From Chiloscyllium plagiosum (taxonomy: Eukaryota): a stretch of DNA of 64,000 bases. Positions 48,500-60,939 of the stretch are shown piece by piece. Numbering within the stretch: position 1 is the stretch's first letter; each line of letters starts with the position of its first letter. A model generated the notes under the pieces. The model was not told where the DNA came from and made no database searches. It was given only the letters and a program-made list of their open reading frames with translations. The stretch lies in contig NC_057720.1 of the NCBI RefSeq assembly GCF_004010195.1, forward strand, positions 7,928,012 to 7,992,011, given 5' to 3'. Position numbers and translations under genes: made by a program.

Positions 48500-48695
48500 C
48501 AAGACAGTTTCTATCCTCTCTTGGAAATATATCACCGTCCCTTCACAGTCACTAGGTCCAAATCCTGGAATTCCCTCCTTAAGGGCGTTGTAGATCAACC
48601 TACAGCTCACTCCCACTTTCTCCATGGTAACTTGGGCTGGACAATAAACACTGGCCTGGCCAGTGATGTCCTGGTCCTATGAGTGAATAAAAACA
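48500..48695 (+). mobile_element. 3' end of the second CR1-group LINE
   Basis: caaatcctggaattccctcc..ggacaataaacactggcctggccagtgatg..gagtgaataaaa. Confidence 0.75.
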
Positions 48696-49859
48696 AACCT
48701 GACTTCGGGTTCTTGTGTCACAGTGGCAGTGTCCCTCCCAGCCGTTTGCAGATTTAAGTCCCTTCTGCTCCAGCGATATACAATAATATGTCAGAGCAGG
48801 TTAATTCAAAATTATCCACAATGTATGACACAGAAAGAAACAATTTTACTCATCACGCCAGTGCCAACTCTTTGATAAAGACATCCGGCAATCTTTTAAT
48901 GTCTGAAATCAGATGGGCTTCCAACAAGAAAAAGCAGTTGTGAGTGTCTTCCTTTCAAGGCAAGATTCTCGTTGAGTGCAATCAGCAGCAGGTCCATCAC
49001 AAACCCACGGTCCCAACTCCAGCTCACCTCTCCGCTAAGCCACTTCCTCGGAACAATTAACTTGATTACTAAAGAAAAAAAATCCTTTGTTGAAAATTCC
49101 TGATCTTGAACAAACCTTCCCAATCATTCAATTTATTTTTAATTAAAGATCTGGTTACATCCTGTCCCAAACATTAAAATTCAGGTGAAGTCATTAATCT
49201 TTCTAAATGAATTCACCTGTGGCTAATAGCAATGTATTGTCTGTGAGTGCTGTCAAGGACCATATACTGCATGCATGCCCATTATATAGTAATTACACAG
49301 GGGATTAGTGAGTGTCTTGCAGATGAAACCTAGCCAAGATCAGTGAAGAACTTTTTTTGCCTCCCCCTCCTGACCCCAGTTGTGTGACAAAACTCCGACA
49401 GAGCATCGATGTTCGCAATTATATCTATATTTGAAATCTGGCTGAATAAAACCTGCTTCTGAATAGATGCCTTAAAACTTTAATGAGAAAATTAAAGTGC
49501 CTCCATGCATATTTATTATTGGCACAGTGCTGTTAAAATAAAAGAGATTGCTAGCTTCTCAAGCTGTGCCTCAGTGTGATCTAATGCCCCGTTACAACTT
49601 TTCTTGCTCAGTTTGAAAGTACTTCAAAGCTCTACTGTAAATATTTCCGAAAGATGTCAGTTCTGTCTCGTGGCTTTTAATTCACGGTACTGATTCCCTA
49701 GTTGATTATTCAGTCAATACCAAATTAGAATTATTGAGGGCCTCAGGAAGAAAATACTAAGTGTGCGCAGGAAATAGGTATAAAATAGCAAGGACAAAAG
49801 TGCATGATTTTTCACCATTACAGTAGAACAGGAAGGATCAGACTAAACTGTCTAATGGA

Positions 49860-50240
49860 ATGACAGAGTTGTTTCAGTGGAGAACGAGACTATTTGGCTC
49901 ATTGTGTCTGCATCAGTTCTATCACCTAGTGTCAGTCTCCTGCCTTTTCCCCATCTCACTACACACCATTTCTATCCAAATAACTATCCAATGTCCTCTT
50001 GAATACCTTAATTAAACTTGCCTCTGTCACACTTCAAAGTTGTGCATTCTGTACCTTGACTATTTTGTGTGAGAATCATGTCATCCATGATTTGTTTGCA
50101 CATCACCTTAAACCTGTGCCCTCTTGTTCATTTCTCTGCTACAAACACAAATCTACACTATCTAGCCCACTCATGATTCTGAAAACCTTGGTCAAAGCTA
50201 TTCACAGTCTTTTTCTCTTCAGGGAGAACAGTCCTAATGT
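49860..50240 (-). mobile_element. Old CR1 3' end
   Basis: cctgccttttccccat..cccactcatgattctgaaaacc..agggagaacagtcc. Confidence 0.55.
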
Positions 50241-50371
50241 ACAGTCATGGAGGCATAGGGATATACAGCATGGAAACAGACCCTTCGGTCCAACTAGTCC
50301 ATGCCGTCCAGATATCCCAACCCAATCTAGTCCCATTTGCCAGCATTTGGTCCATATCCATCTAAACCCTT

Positions 50372-50676
50372 TAGATTAGACTAGATTGCTTACAGTGTGG
50401 AAACAGGCCCTTCGGCCCAACAAGTCCACACCGACCCGCCAAAGCGTAACCCACCCAGATCCATTCTCCTACATTTACCCCTTCACCTAACACTTTGGGC
50501 AATTTAACTTGCACATTTTTGGACTGTGGGAGGAAACCGGAGCACCCGGAGGAAACCCGCACAGACACGGGGAAAACGTGCAAACTCGACACAGAGAGTC
50601 GCTTGAGGCGGGAATTGAACCCGAATCTCTGGCGCTGTGAAGCAGCAGTGCTAACCACTGTGCCACCGTGCCGCCC
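50372..50676 (-). mobile_element. HE1: HE1 V-SINE, full length
   Basis: Head gggcggcacggtggcacagtgg; 6-bp TSD accctt (50366-50371 / 50677-50682). Confidence 0.92.
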
Positions 50677-51227
50677 ACCCTTCCTATTCATTTCCCCATC
50701 TAGATGCCTTTTAAATGTTGTAATCGTACTAGCCTCCACCACTTCTTCTGGCAGCTCATTCCATACATGCACCACTCTCTGCATGACAAAGATGCCCCTT
50801 TAAGTCTGTTTTAAATCTTTTCCCTCTCACCCTACACCTATACCTTCTAGTTTTGGACTCCTCGACTTTGAGGAAAAGATCATGGCTATTCACCCTATCG
50901 ATGCTCCTTATGATTTTTTAAACTGCCTCCAATGCTTCAGGGAAACAGCCCCAGCCTATTCAGCCTCTCCCTATACCTCAAACCCTCCAACCCTTACAAG
51001 GCAACATCCTTGTAAATCTTTTCTGAACCAGTTCAAGTTTCACAACATCTTTTCCACATCAGGGAGACCAGAATTGAATGCAGTATTCCAAAAGTAGCTA
51101 AACCAATATCCTGTACAACCACAACATGACCTCCTAACTCCTATACTCAAAGCACTGATCACTAATGGCAAGTGTAACAAACACCTTCTGCACCACCCGT
51201 CTATCTGTGATTCCATTTTTAAGGGTG

Positions 51228-52176
51228 GAAAAATGTGTTGCTGGAAAAGCGCAGCAGGTCAGGCAGCATCAAAGGAACAGGAGAATCGACGTTTCGGGCA
51301 TAAGCCCTTCTTCAGGAATGAGGAGGGTGTGCCAAGCAGGCTAAGATAAAAGGTAGGGAGGAGGGACTTGGGTGAGAGGCGTTGGGAATGCGATAGGTGG
51401 AAGGAGGTTAAGGTGAGGGTGCTAGGCCGGAGAGAGGGTGGGGGCGNNNNNNNNNNNNNNNNNNNNNNNNNNNNNNNNNNNNNNNNNNNNNNNNNNNNNN
51501 NNNNNNNNNNNNNNNNNNNNNNNNNNNNNNNNNNNNNNNNNNNNNNNNNNNNNNNNNNNNNNNNNNNNNNNNNNNNNNNNNNNNNNNNNNNNNNNNNNNN
51601 NNNNNNNNNNNNNNNNNNNNNNNNNNNNNNNNNNNNNNNNNNNNNNNNNNNNNNNNNNNNNNNNNNNNNNNNNNNNNNNNNNNNNNNNNNNNNNNNNNNN
51701 NNNNNNNNNNNNNNNNNNNNNNNNNNNNNNNNNNNNNNNNNNNNNNNNNNNNNNNNNNNNNNNNNNNNNNNNNNNNNNNNNNNNNNNNNNNNNNNNNNNN
51801 NNNNNNNNNNNNNNNNNNNNNNNNNNNNNNNNNNNNNNNNNNNNNNNNNNNNNNNNNNNNNNNNNNNNNNNNNNNNNNNNNNNNNNNNNNNNNNNNNNNN
51901 NNNNNNNNNNNNNNNNNNNNNNNNNNNNNNNNNNNNNNNNNNNNNCACCCTCACCTTAACCTCCTTCCACCTATCGCATTCCCAACGTCCCTCCCCCAAG
52001 CCCCTCCTCCCTACCTTTTATCTTAGCCTGCTTGGCACACCCTCCTCATTCCTGAAGAAGGGCTTATGCTCGAAACGACGATTCTCCTGTTCCTTTGATG
52101 CTGCCTGACCTGCTGCACTTTTCCAAAAACACATTTTCAGCTCTGATCTCTAGCATCTGCAGTCCTCACTTTCTCC
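51228..52176. mobile_element. Larger inverted-repeat family A PLE spanning an assembly gap (51447-51945)
   Basis: ~190-bp near-identical inverted arms on either side of the gap, each with a ctgaagaagggcttatgc(c/t)cgaaacg core; ~36-nt tail 52141-52176; target attccatttt duplicated. Confidence 0.85.
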
Positions 52177-52224
52177 TATTCCATTTTCAAGGAACTTTGA
52201 ACCTGCACCTAAAGTCTCCACATA

Positions 52225-52530
52225 ACTGAAGTTGCTCATTGCTGGACCCATTCTTGTAAATCACTTCTGCACTCTCTCCACAGCATTCACATCTTTCTTA
52301 TAATGTGGTGCCTACATCTATATAGAGTACTCCAGCTGAGTTCGAATAACTGTCTTGTTCAACATCACCTCCTTGCTCTTGTACTCTATATCCCTATTAG
52401 TAAAGTTGAGGACACTGTATACTTTATTAGATGCTCTCTCCATCTGTCCTGCCACCTTCAATGATCCGTGCATATATACACACAGGTGCCTCTGCTCCTG
52501 CATCCCAGTTAGAATTGTATGCCCATTTTG
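52225..52530 (-). mobile_element. CR1 internal fragment
   Basis: Minus EQRHLCVY.HGSLKVAGQ..IEYKSKEVML..QLEYSI. Confidence 0.8.
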
Positions 52531-52533
52531 TCT

Positions 52534-52921
52534 TGTCTTTCACTTTTGGAATTTTTATCATGAAGGGTTTGGGAGATTTAATGGTTGGTGTCTTTTCCCT
52601 CAGGTGGGAGATTTCAAGACAAGGTCGCATATTTTTAAGGTGAGAGGAGAGGGTTTTAAATAAGGGCATGAGGGACATTTGTGGAATGAACTGTTTGAGG
52701 AAATGATGGATGTGGGTACCTTTAAAGTGTCTTTCACTTTTGGAATTTTTATCATGAAGGGTTTGGGAGATTTAATGGTTGGTGTCTTTTCCCTCAGGTG
52801 GGAGATTTCAAGACAAGGTCGCATATTTTTAAGGTGAGATGAGAGGGTTTTAAATAAGGGCATGAGGGGCATTTGTGGAATGAACTGTCTGAGGAAATGA
52901 TGGAAGTGGGTACCTTTAAAG
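52534..52921 (+). repeat. 194-bp tandem duplication (2 copies) covering the 5' junction of a CR1 3' fragment (CR1 continues to ~53065)
   Basis: 52534-52727 vs 52728-52921; 4 substitutions seen. Confidence 0.9.
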
Positions 52922-53932
52922 ACATTTGGAGAAGTACATGAATAAAAAACCTTTGGAGAGATATGGGCACGTGTAAGAAGGTGGGGCTAGTTTAGTTTGG
53001 GATTATGGCTGGCATGGACTGGTTAGAGCTGAAGGGTCTGTACATGTTGTATGACTCTATGACTAATGTGTGCTTTGTTTTACAAGCATCAATAATAGTT
53101 ACCATGATTACAACTTGCTTTATATTTCAGGCTAATGAATTTCTTTTAAATTCCACCGATTGGATGATGGATTTTGAACTTGCAATGATACAGAATAAAC
53201 CTGGTGTCTGTTCGCTAGCTCAGTGGCTTTGCTGCTGTGTCACAACCTCTCCCATTTATCCCAATATCACAGACCTGAAGCTTACAGAAATGTGCAGCCT
53301 GCTGTTACTCTTTCTGACCAGCTGAGCACTTCCAAACCTTCTCTGTTTTCATTGCAAATTTCAGCATCCTCTGTGTTTTCCCTCATAATTCCAATATTGT
53401 TCATCAACGTACAAATGGAACATTCATTCTGAAATACATTAAAGGCTTCACATTAAACCCTGGGTAATTATTTGACTTTTTTATGGTTTATGCATCTGAG
53501 GCAATGAAATAAAATATCTAACTAATTAACTGACGAGTGCAGTGATTCATAACAAAAGTCCTTTCAAAATGTAAAGTAATCCTCAAACAAAATCCTTAAA
53601 ATCCTCAGTTGAAAGAACCCTCTGGAGTCAGCCTTGTGTTGTACCACTACTGCAAATGTGCAAACAAATACATCCTTGTGACTCATTTAGGGAAGAAAAA
53701 CATGTAAAACCTTGCGTTTCTGAAAATCTGCTCTCCTGATAGGAAATGAGATTTTCTCCATGTCTGCGGGGCCTCCTGCAAAGACACTGAACAATGATAG
53801 ACATCTAGAAATAAGGTCTAGCAACGGTACAACTAGCAATGCATATCCACCCCATCAAGACTCTGCGTTTTCACAAGGTGTTTGAGGGGAAATAAAAAGT
53901 GACCATCTTTTGCCATGCTGTCCTCTAGTTGA

Positions 53933-54262
53933 GGTGGCACAGTGGCTCAGTGGTTAGTGCTGCTGCCTCACAGTGCCAGGGATCTGGGTTCGATTCCAAC
54001 CTCGGGTGACTGTCTGTGTGGAGTTTGCACATTCTCCCCGTGTCTGCGTGGGTTTCCTCCGGGTGCTCCGGTTTCCTCCCAATGTCCAAAGATGTGCAGA
54101 TTAGGTGGATTGGCCATGCCAAATTGTCCCATAGTGTGCATGCTAGTTGGACAAGCTGTGCTAAATGTGGGGGGGATGGGGTGGATCGAGGTCCAAGGTG
54201 CTTCAGAGAGTCAGTGCAGACTTAATGGGCCAAATGGTCTCTTTGTGTACTCTAGGGACTAT
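53933..54262 (+). mobile_element. HE1: HE1 V-SINE
   Basis: ggtggcacagtggctcagtgg, gggttcgattcc, V-domain. Confidence 0.9.
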
Positions 54263-54263
54263 C

Positions 54264-54822
54264 ATAGTCATAGAGTCATAAAGATGTACATCATGGAAAC
54301 AGACCCTTCGGTCCAACCCGTCCATGCCAACCAGATATCCCAACCCAATCTAGTCTCACCTGCCAGCACCCGGCCCATATCCCTCCAAACTCTTCCTCTT
54401 CATATAGCCATCCAAATGCCTCTTAAATGTTGCAATTGTACCAACCTCCACCACATCATCTGGCAGCTCATTCCATACACAGACCACCCCCTGCGTGAAA
54501 ACGTCTCTTTTATATCTTTCCCCTCTCACCCTAAACCTATGTCCTCTAGTTCTGGACTCCCCGACCCCAGGGAAAAGACTTTGCCTATTTACCCTATCCA
54601 TGCCCCTCATAATTTTGTAAACCTCTATAAGGTCACCCCTCAGCCTCCGACACTCCAGGGAAAACAGTTCCAGCCTGTTCAGCCCCTCCCTGTAGCTCAA
54701 ATCCTCCAACCCTGGCAACATCCTTGTAAATCTTTTCTGAACCCTTTCAAGTTTCACAACATCTTTCTGATAGGAAGGAGACCAGAATTGCACGCAATAT
54801 TCCAACAGTGGCCTAACCAATG
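54264..54822 (-). mobile_element. HER1: HER1 3' ~560 bp, low divergence (a further HER1-like tail at 54862-55055)
   Basis: Open frame TLVRPLLEYCVQFWSP..RGDLIEVYKIMRG..WNELP..FKRHLDGYM within ORF 54356-54967. Confidence 0.93.
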
Positions 54823-55180
54823 TGTATGCAATTGATCTAGTCCCACTTCTAATTTGCATGTCATTGAGTCCTACAGCATGGAAACAGACCATTCGGTCCA
54901 ACCAGTCCATGCTGGCCATAATTTCAAAGTAAACTAGTTTGTGCTTGGCCTTCATCCTGCCAAACATTTCTTACTCATGTGTTTATCTAAATGTCTTTTA
55001 AAGGTTGTAACCATACTGGCATCCACTACTGCCTTGGACGTTTATTCCACACACAAATAAAATGCTTAAAATGCAAGGAATTAATTCAATAAACAGATCA
55101 CATGTACATCATCAGTGTGAGTTGAAGACAATGTTGATATGTCTACCTCTATTTGGAGGTGTGGCAGGATGGTGAGCTGG

Positions 55181-55945
55181 AAAAAGAGACAAGAAAACTG
55201 CAGATGCTGGAATCCAAAGTAGATAGGCAGGAGGCTGGAAGAACACAGCAAGCCAGGCAGCATCTCTGCCAGGCTCGCAGGGGCCAACCGGACTTACCAG
55301 CCACCATCCATTATGAATCCCATTCCCATTCCCTTGCCAACATGACCATCCTTGCCTCCTCCATTGCCACAATGAACCACACTGCAAATTGTAGGAACAA
55401 CACCTCATCCTCCACCTGGGCAGCCTAGCCTGGAGGACTCAACACTGGTTCCTCAATTTCAAAGGGGGCTGAAAGGTAAATAGGAGGGTGTGGGGGTTGG
55501 GGGAAGGTAGCTGGGAATGCAATAGGTAGATGAAGGTAGGGAATGATGGTTACAGGTCAGAGTGGATCCTCCAGCCATAGGGGATCAATGTTGATTACAC
55601 CAGTTTTCTCATTTCCCCTGCTCTCATCTTATCTCAGATCCAACTCAGCACCACCCTCTTGACCTGTCCTACCTGTCCATCTTCCTTCCCACCTATCTGC
55701 TTCACCCTCCTCTCTGACCTATCACCATCACCCCCACCTTCATCCACCTATCGCATTCCCAGCTGCCTTCCCCCCATCCCCACCCCTCCTCCCATTTATC
55801 TCTTAGCCCCATTGCCCTCCACCCCCCACCTCCCCCAACCCCACATTTGTGATGAAGGGCTTTTGCTTGAAACATCGACTCTCCTGCTCCTTGGATGCTG
55901 CCTAACCAGCTGTACTTTTCAAGTGCCACAATTTCTGACTCTGAA
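55181..55945 (+). mobile_element. Rearranged Penelope-like element(s): inverted terminus, GIY-YIG C-terminal fragment, pyrimidine-rich UTR, degenerate hammerhead
   Basis: QPDLPATIH..SHSLANMTIL; gaacaacacctcatcctccacctgggcagc (EQHLILHLGS); gtgatgaagggcttttgcttgaaacatc. Confidence 0.75.
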
Positions 55946-55949
55946 TAAA

Positions 55950-56190
55950 AGGGCACCAATTTAAGACTGAGATGACGAGGAAGCTCTTCTCTCAGATGGT
56001 TATGAGCTGTGGGGACAGACTCCTTGAGGCTGAAATAGATTTTTGATCAGTTCTGGAATCAAGGAATTAAAGGGAAAGGGCAACAAAGTGGACATGAGGA
56101 GTGTTGGATCAGCCATGACCTATTGAATGGCAAAACAGGCTCAATGGGCTGAATAGTCTCCTCCTGTTCCTATTTCATATGGTCTTGTGA
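55950..56190 (+). mobile_element. CR1 3' UTR
   Basis: atttaagactgagatgacgagg..cagccatgacctattgaatggc..ctcctgttcctatttcatatgg. Confidence 0.75.
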
Positions 56191-56670
56191 CCTCAGTTAA
56201 GTATTCTATGTACACAGAAAGTTAAATTTTGTTCTCGACATTCCAATTGCTACCAGATTGCTTATGCATTACTAATGATTGTAGTGGGGCACCAACTGGG
56301 GATGGTGATCAGAGATAATGACTCAGACTGGTTAGGGGCAGCATACAGAAGAATTCCTGCTATCCACTGCTTCCCTCCCATGTGCTAACATCCCCTGTGA
56401 AGACAAGAGCAGGTTCCATCTGGTTAATGCACAGGGATTGGCTGCGAGGATAGGGAGATCTTTCTTGCTCCCATCTTCTTTGCCACTTAAATGTGATGGT
56501 CAACCATTTGGTCATTTTGCACTCAGGCTGTTTTGGGATGCCGTATAGTTGTTGCATTGGCAGACGATACACAGTGATCAAGGAAATAGATGGTCCGGGA
56601 GAACTAGTTCTGGCAGTTGAAAAATGTATGGAGAAATGCACACACATAATAACCTAACCTCCACAATTAG

Positions 56671-56758
56671 CTCCTTGGATGCTGCCTGAACTGCTGTGCT
56701 CTTCCAGCACCACTAATCCAGAATCTGGTTTCCAGCATCTGCAGTCATTGTTTTTACC
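56671..56758 (+). mobile_element. 88-bp family A PLE terminus
   Basis: Ends gtcattgtttttacc; TSD tccacaattag (56660-56670 / 56759-56769). Confidence 0.88.
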
Positions 56759-56961
56759 TCCACAATTAGCAGTCTCAGTCAAGAGCTGCAGCATGAATTG
56801 GCCGAGCAAATGAACACCACAGTGTCACTGCAATAATGACAAGACTTAGTCAATTGAACTTTTTGCACAGCTTGACAATGGAGGAAGCACTTACCAGACA
56901 CTGGCCTTGTTATGATTCTGTGGATGAAAGCAAAATACTGTGGATGCTGGAAAGAGATATA

Positions 56962-57137
56962 TAGAGGAACCTTGATTACCTGGCATTCAATGAGCTGAAT
57001 TTTGGACTATCTAAACAAGATTGCAAGGCCCCAATGCTTGGCTAAACTATGTTATCCGGCATTCAATTATCCAGCATTCGATTAGCTGAATGAAAATCCT
57101 CCCTGCCCATGTTCTTCAGGTAATCGAGGTTCCTCTG
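56962..57137. mobile_element. pogo/Tigger-like MITE (Tc1/mariner superfamily)
   Basis: 21-bp TIRs tagaggaaccttgattacctg / caggtaatcgaggttcctctg (19/21), TA on both sides, internal gcattcaattatcc subrepeats. Confidence 0.8.
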
Positions 57138-57171
57138 TACAGGTGAAGTGCCTTGTGGTCATTTAGCTGGT

Positions 57172-57500
57172 TGAAGTAAAAACCTCCAGTTCAGTACACT
57201 GTGTGTGATGGAGGCCTCCCCCATATTACCCCTCACGCATAGTCTCCTGATCTTGGTTCATGTATGATTGGCATGAGGTTGGCCGGGTGGATCTAACTGA
57301 CTATGCGACCCCTGACTGGGGCTATTAACCTGGGCCAATCAGGGAACCTTGGCTGACAGGTATAAACAGGAGTGTCTGAAAGTCTTCTCACTCTAGGGAC
57401 TATCTCTGAGCTATCTACTATGGTCAGAGTTCATGTACTGTGCTCGTTTAAATGCAGAGCAACTTGATGACAGGATACTGGCCTCTGTGCAGTTACTTCT
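57172..57500 (+). mobile_element. Probable solo LTR
   Basis: Starts tgaagtaa, ends ttacttct (short inverted ends); CCAAT (gggccaatcagg) then TATAAA at 57361; no TSD seen. Confidence 0.45.
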
Positions 57501-57534
57501 CATTCCTCTTTTTCATTGTTGTGGCCTGACAAAT

Positions 57535-57691
57535 AAAGTTAGAAGTCACACGACACCAGGTTAATTTGAAATCACAAACTTTTGTAACGCTGCCCCATCA
57601 CTTGTGATCTCAATTAAACCTGTTGGACTGTAACCTGGTGTTGTGTGACATCTGACTTTGTCCACCCCAATCCAACACCGGCACCTCCACA
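57535..57691. mobile_element. Fold-back family B PLE
   Basis: Inverted arms plus tail; 10-bp TSD ttgtggcctg (57519-57528 / 57692-57701). Confidence 0.8.
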
Positions 57692-57934
57692 TTGTGGCCT
57701 GTCAGACAGGCTGTGGTAAAACCCTCCACTCAGCACTAGGTTTCTTTGGTGACTGTCTGAGCCATAACTCAAAGTGGCCTTGTTGGAGCTGGAAAGCTCT
57801 ATGACCCCTGAATGGTTGGCAAATGTTCAATGTGGGATCACCTTTTAAACAGAGTGGATCCACTGACTCTCCATAAAATACATCAGATTCACTGACAGAG
57901 TTTGTCTTATAAGTGCCTTGCAACAGTTTATTTG

Positions 57935-58500
57935 AGATAGGAGAAAAGTAGGCCATTCAGTTCATTGAGTCTGTTCCACCATTCAGTGAGACCTTGGTTG
58001 ATCTGATCATCCTCAACTCTACTTTCTTGCCTTTTCTCCAATGACCCTCAATTCCCTTACTGATGAAAAATCTATCTCCCTCAGCCTTGAATATCCCCAA
58101 TGATCCAAACTCAACAACCCTCTGTGATAAAGAATTCCTCCACATTTCTGTCCTTAAATGTGTGAGGCCCCTTAGTCTGTCTTGATGCCCTCTGGTCCTA
58201 AACTCTCCCACAAGGGGAAACATCCTTTCCAGCATCTACCCTGTCAAGCCCCTTTAGAATATATAGGTTTCAATCAAATCACATTTTATTCTTCTAAACA
58301 TTGATTAAAGTCTCACCCTACTCAACATCTCCTCATAAGATAGTCCCTCCATCTCTGATATCGACCGAATAAACCTCCACTGGACTGCATCAAATGCCGG
58401 TACACAGTTCTTTAGATAAGTGGTCCAAAACTGTTCACAGTTTTCCAGCTGTGGTCCATGTAGTATAGTTTTAGCAAAAGTTCTCCATTCACTTTGAAAT
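57935..58500 (-). mobile_element. CR1 3' end
   Basis: Minus ERMFPLVGEFRTRGH..RNSLSQRVV. Confidence 0.85.
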
Positions 58501-59644
58501 AAATATTGTGAAAAATACCAAGTAAATATTTCTGCTGTGCTGGATAACCATCTGCCTTTCTGCCTTATGGTATTGGATTAGCTAGTTTGCCACTCTGGAT
58601 AATTTGAATGCAAGCAATCATCCTGGAGTTTCAATGTTGAAAGACATGGTCTTTAGACATGATCTGGTGAGTTTATGATTAAACCTTTTTTGGTCACTGG
58701 GAGACAGGCACCATGAGCTCTTCTGTCGCAGCACAACTTCCTGTGAAAGATGCAAGTGCTTTGCCAGCAACCACATCATGAATGCTAACATTTCTAAACA
58801 AAAAGAGAGGTGCAATTTTCACCTTTCATCACCAGGACAAATGCAAGAGTGCCACATTTCAATTGGTCACAACAATTTACACTACAGGAGAAAAGGGGTT
58901 GGGCTGATGCAGAAATTGTTGCGACTTTTGAGATTTGGTATTCTTGCATTTGTCACTTGGATAACATGTCTCTCTTTTCAAAGGGTTCTGCATTATTACA
59001 CAAATCCAGGGAGTAACCATCATGTTTAATTAACTGTTTCTTTGTCAGAGAATTGTTACGGTGCAGAAGGCATTATGCCTGCACTGGTACCAATCCCATG
59101 CCTTATCTCCATCTTCCTGCATTCTATTTCTATCCAAAAAATCATCCAATTCCCTCTTGACTACTTCAATTGATCTGCCTCCATCACATCACCAGGCTTT
59201 GAACTCCAACACTCATCTACTTGATGTGGGAAAAGACTTTATTCTCACACTGTCCTGCTCTGTTTGCACATCACTTTCAGACTTTAGCTGGAGTTGTGAG
59301 CATTTCTGTCATTCAGCCATAGTCAGCATCAGGCTCTCATCTCAGGTGCATTTCTCAGTGAGACCTTTAAGCTGTTCCAGGTCTCTGCTTTCTCAATAGT
59401 TATTCAATGAGGTAAAGTAATCCTGTCATTTATAGTAGGCCCTGATAGCATCACCACGGATCTATAAAGGAGCCCAGTCACTCAGTTGCTTATGGAGTGC
59501 AACATCTTATGGGCGAACAAAGTCCAAAAGAAATGACTTGAAATCTCAGTTGATTTGCTCCTGTGACACAGGAACGCTGGGTTGGGGAATATCATAAATC
59601 ATACAATAGGATACTTGGGGTTTAGCTCACAGACGGTTGAGAAA

Positions 59645-60005
59645 CAAAGAAATATAGAAAATAGGAATAGGCATAGACTATTCAGCCCTTCAAGCCTGCT
59701 CTGTCGTTCAGTATGATCATAATTGATTATCCAACTCAGTCCCCTGTTCCTGCTTTCTCCCCATGTCCTTTGACCCCTTTAGCACTAAGAGCTTTTTCCA
59801 GCTCTGCCTGAAAACAATCAGTGTTTTGGTCTCAGCCAGTTTCTGTGGCAGAGAATTCCATAGGCGCATCACTCTCTGGGTGAAGACATTTCTCCTCATC
59901 TCAGTCCTAAATGGGCAACCAATATCCATAAAATCCGACCCTGGTTCTGGATTCCCTGGTCAATGGAAACATTCTTCCTGCATTTACGCTGTCCAATCAT
60001 GTCAG
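59645..60005 (-). mobile_element. CR1 3' end
   Basis: Minus PFRTEMRRNVFTQRVMRLWNSLPQK. Confidence 0.85.
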
Positions 60006-60065
60006 CAGGTCGAAGAAGACACAAATGCTTAATCAAAATAGCACTAACTCTCCCAAGACGCCACG

Positions 60066-60283
60066 ATGTGGAAGTGCAGGAGTTGAACTGGAATGGACAA
60101 AGTTAAAAATCACACAACACCAGATTATAATCCACCAGGTTTATTTGGAAGAACTAGCTTTCGGAGCGCTGCTCCTTTGTCAGGTAGCTAGTCATCACTG
60201 ACTGATGAAGGAGCAATGCTCCAAAAGTTAGTGCTTCCAAACAAACCTGTTGGACTATAACCTGGTGTTGTGTGATTTTTAAC
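60066..60283. mobile_element. Fold-back family B PLE with two opposed hammerhead-like cores
   Basis: + ctgatgaaggagcaatgctccaaaagtta; - ctgacaaaggagcagcgctccgaaagcta; flanking repeat taactctccca (60045-60055 / 60280-60290). Confidence 0.82.
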
Positions 60284-60939
60284 TCTCCCAGGGAAGCAGC
60301 TGTGCTCTTGGTCCTACATTGCTCTATCAATCCAGTATGTGCACCAAAGTTCTCAAGTGGGACTTTGACCTGCAATCTTCAGAACCAGTGGCAACAAATT
60401 GGGCCAAAGATGACACGCTACAGAATAGGACTTGGGAAAGATTAAAAAGAAGCAATACTGAAACAGTTCTGTAAATGGGTCGCATTTCTTTAAGAGTGAA
60501 TCTAATTTCCTGTGTGTACCTTAAGTCAGTCGCCTGGCAGCGACAATATGTCATGCACTTTATTGTCCTGGTTTTTATAAAAGCTGGCTTTCTACCGACC
60601 TTGTGAAATCTGCAATTGCACCTGCAAACAGTCTGACTCATACCGGTGTTGATTTACAATGAAGGTCACACATGTTGGACAGATCTTATAGAAATTTCAA
60701 TGCTGAAAGAAACAAAACCATATTTGTTTCCAGTCAAGATGACAAGATATCAAAATGTCCACAAATTTAACACATTGAACTCATCAAGCATGTGTCACTT
60801 GGAACACTGTATCAACCTCATGTAAAGCAGAAATACCAGCAAAGACTGAGTGGTCTGAAAAGGCTGTCAATATGCTGTAATTACCAGCTAATAGTGTTTA
60901 TTCCACGTCTTTTGACTTTTACAGTCTTTCTGGAGACAA

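Larger units (their letters stand above)
50243..52215 (-). mobile_element. HER1: HER1 3' part interrupted by HE1 and by a PLE
   Basis: HER1 pieces 50243-50371, 50677-51220 and 52178-52215 are collinear. Confidence 0.85.

Noticed and set aside
51259..52108. 173-246 aa ORFs, and those at 16956-17331
   Set aside because: They are open only because they cross N gaps.
53942..54835. Longest ORF (297 aa)
   Set aside because: Chance read-through of an HE1 SINE into antisense HER1; not a gene.
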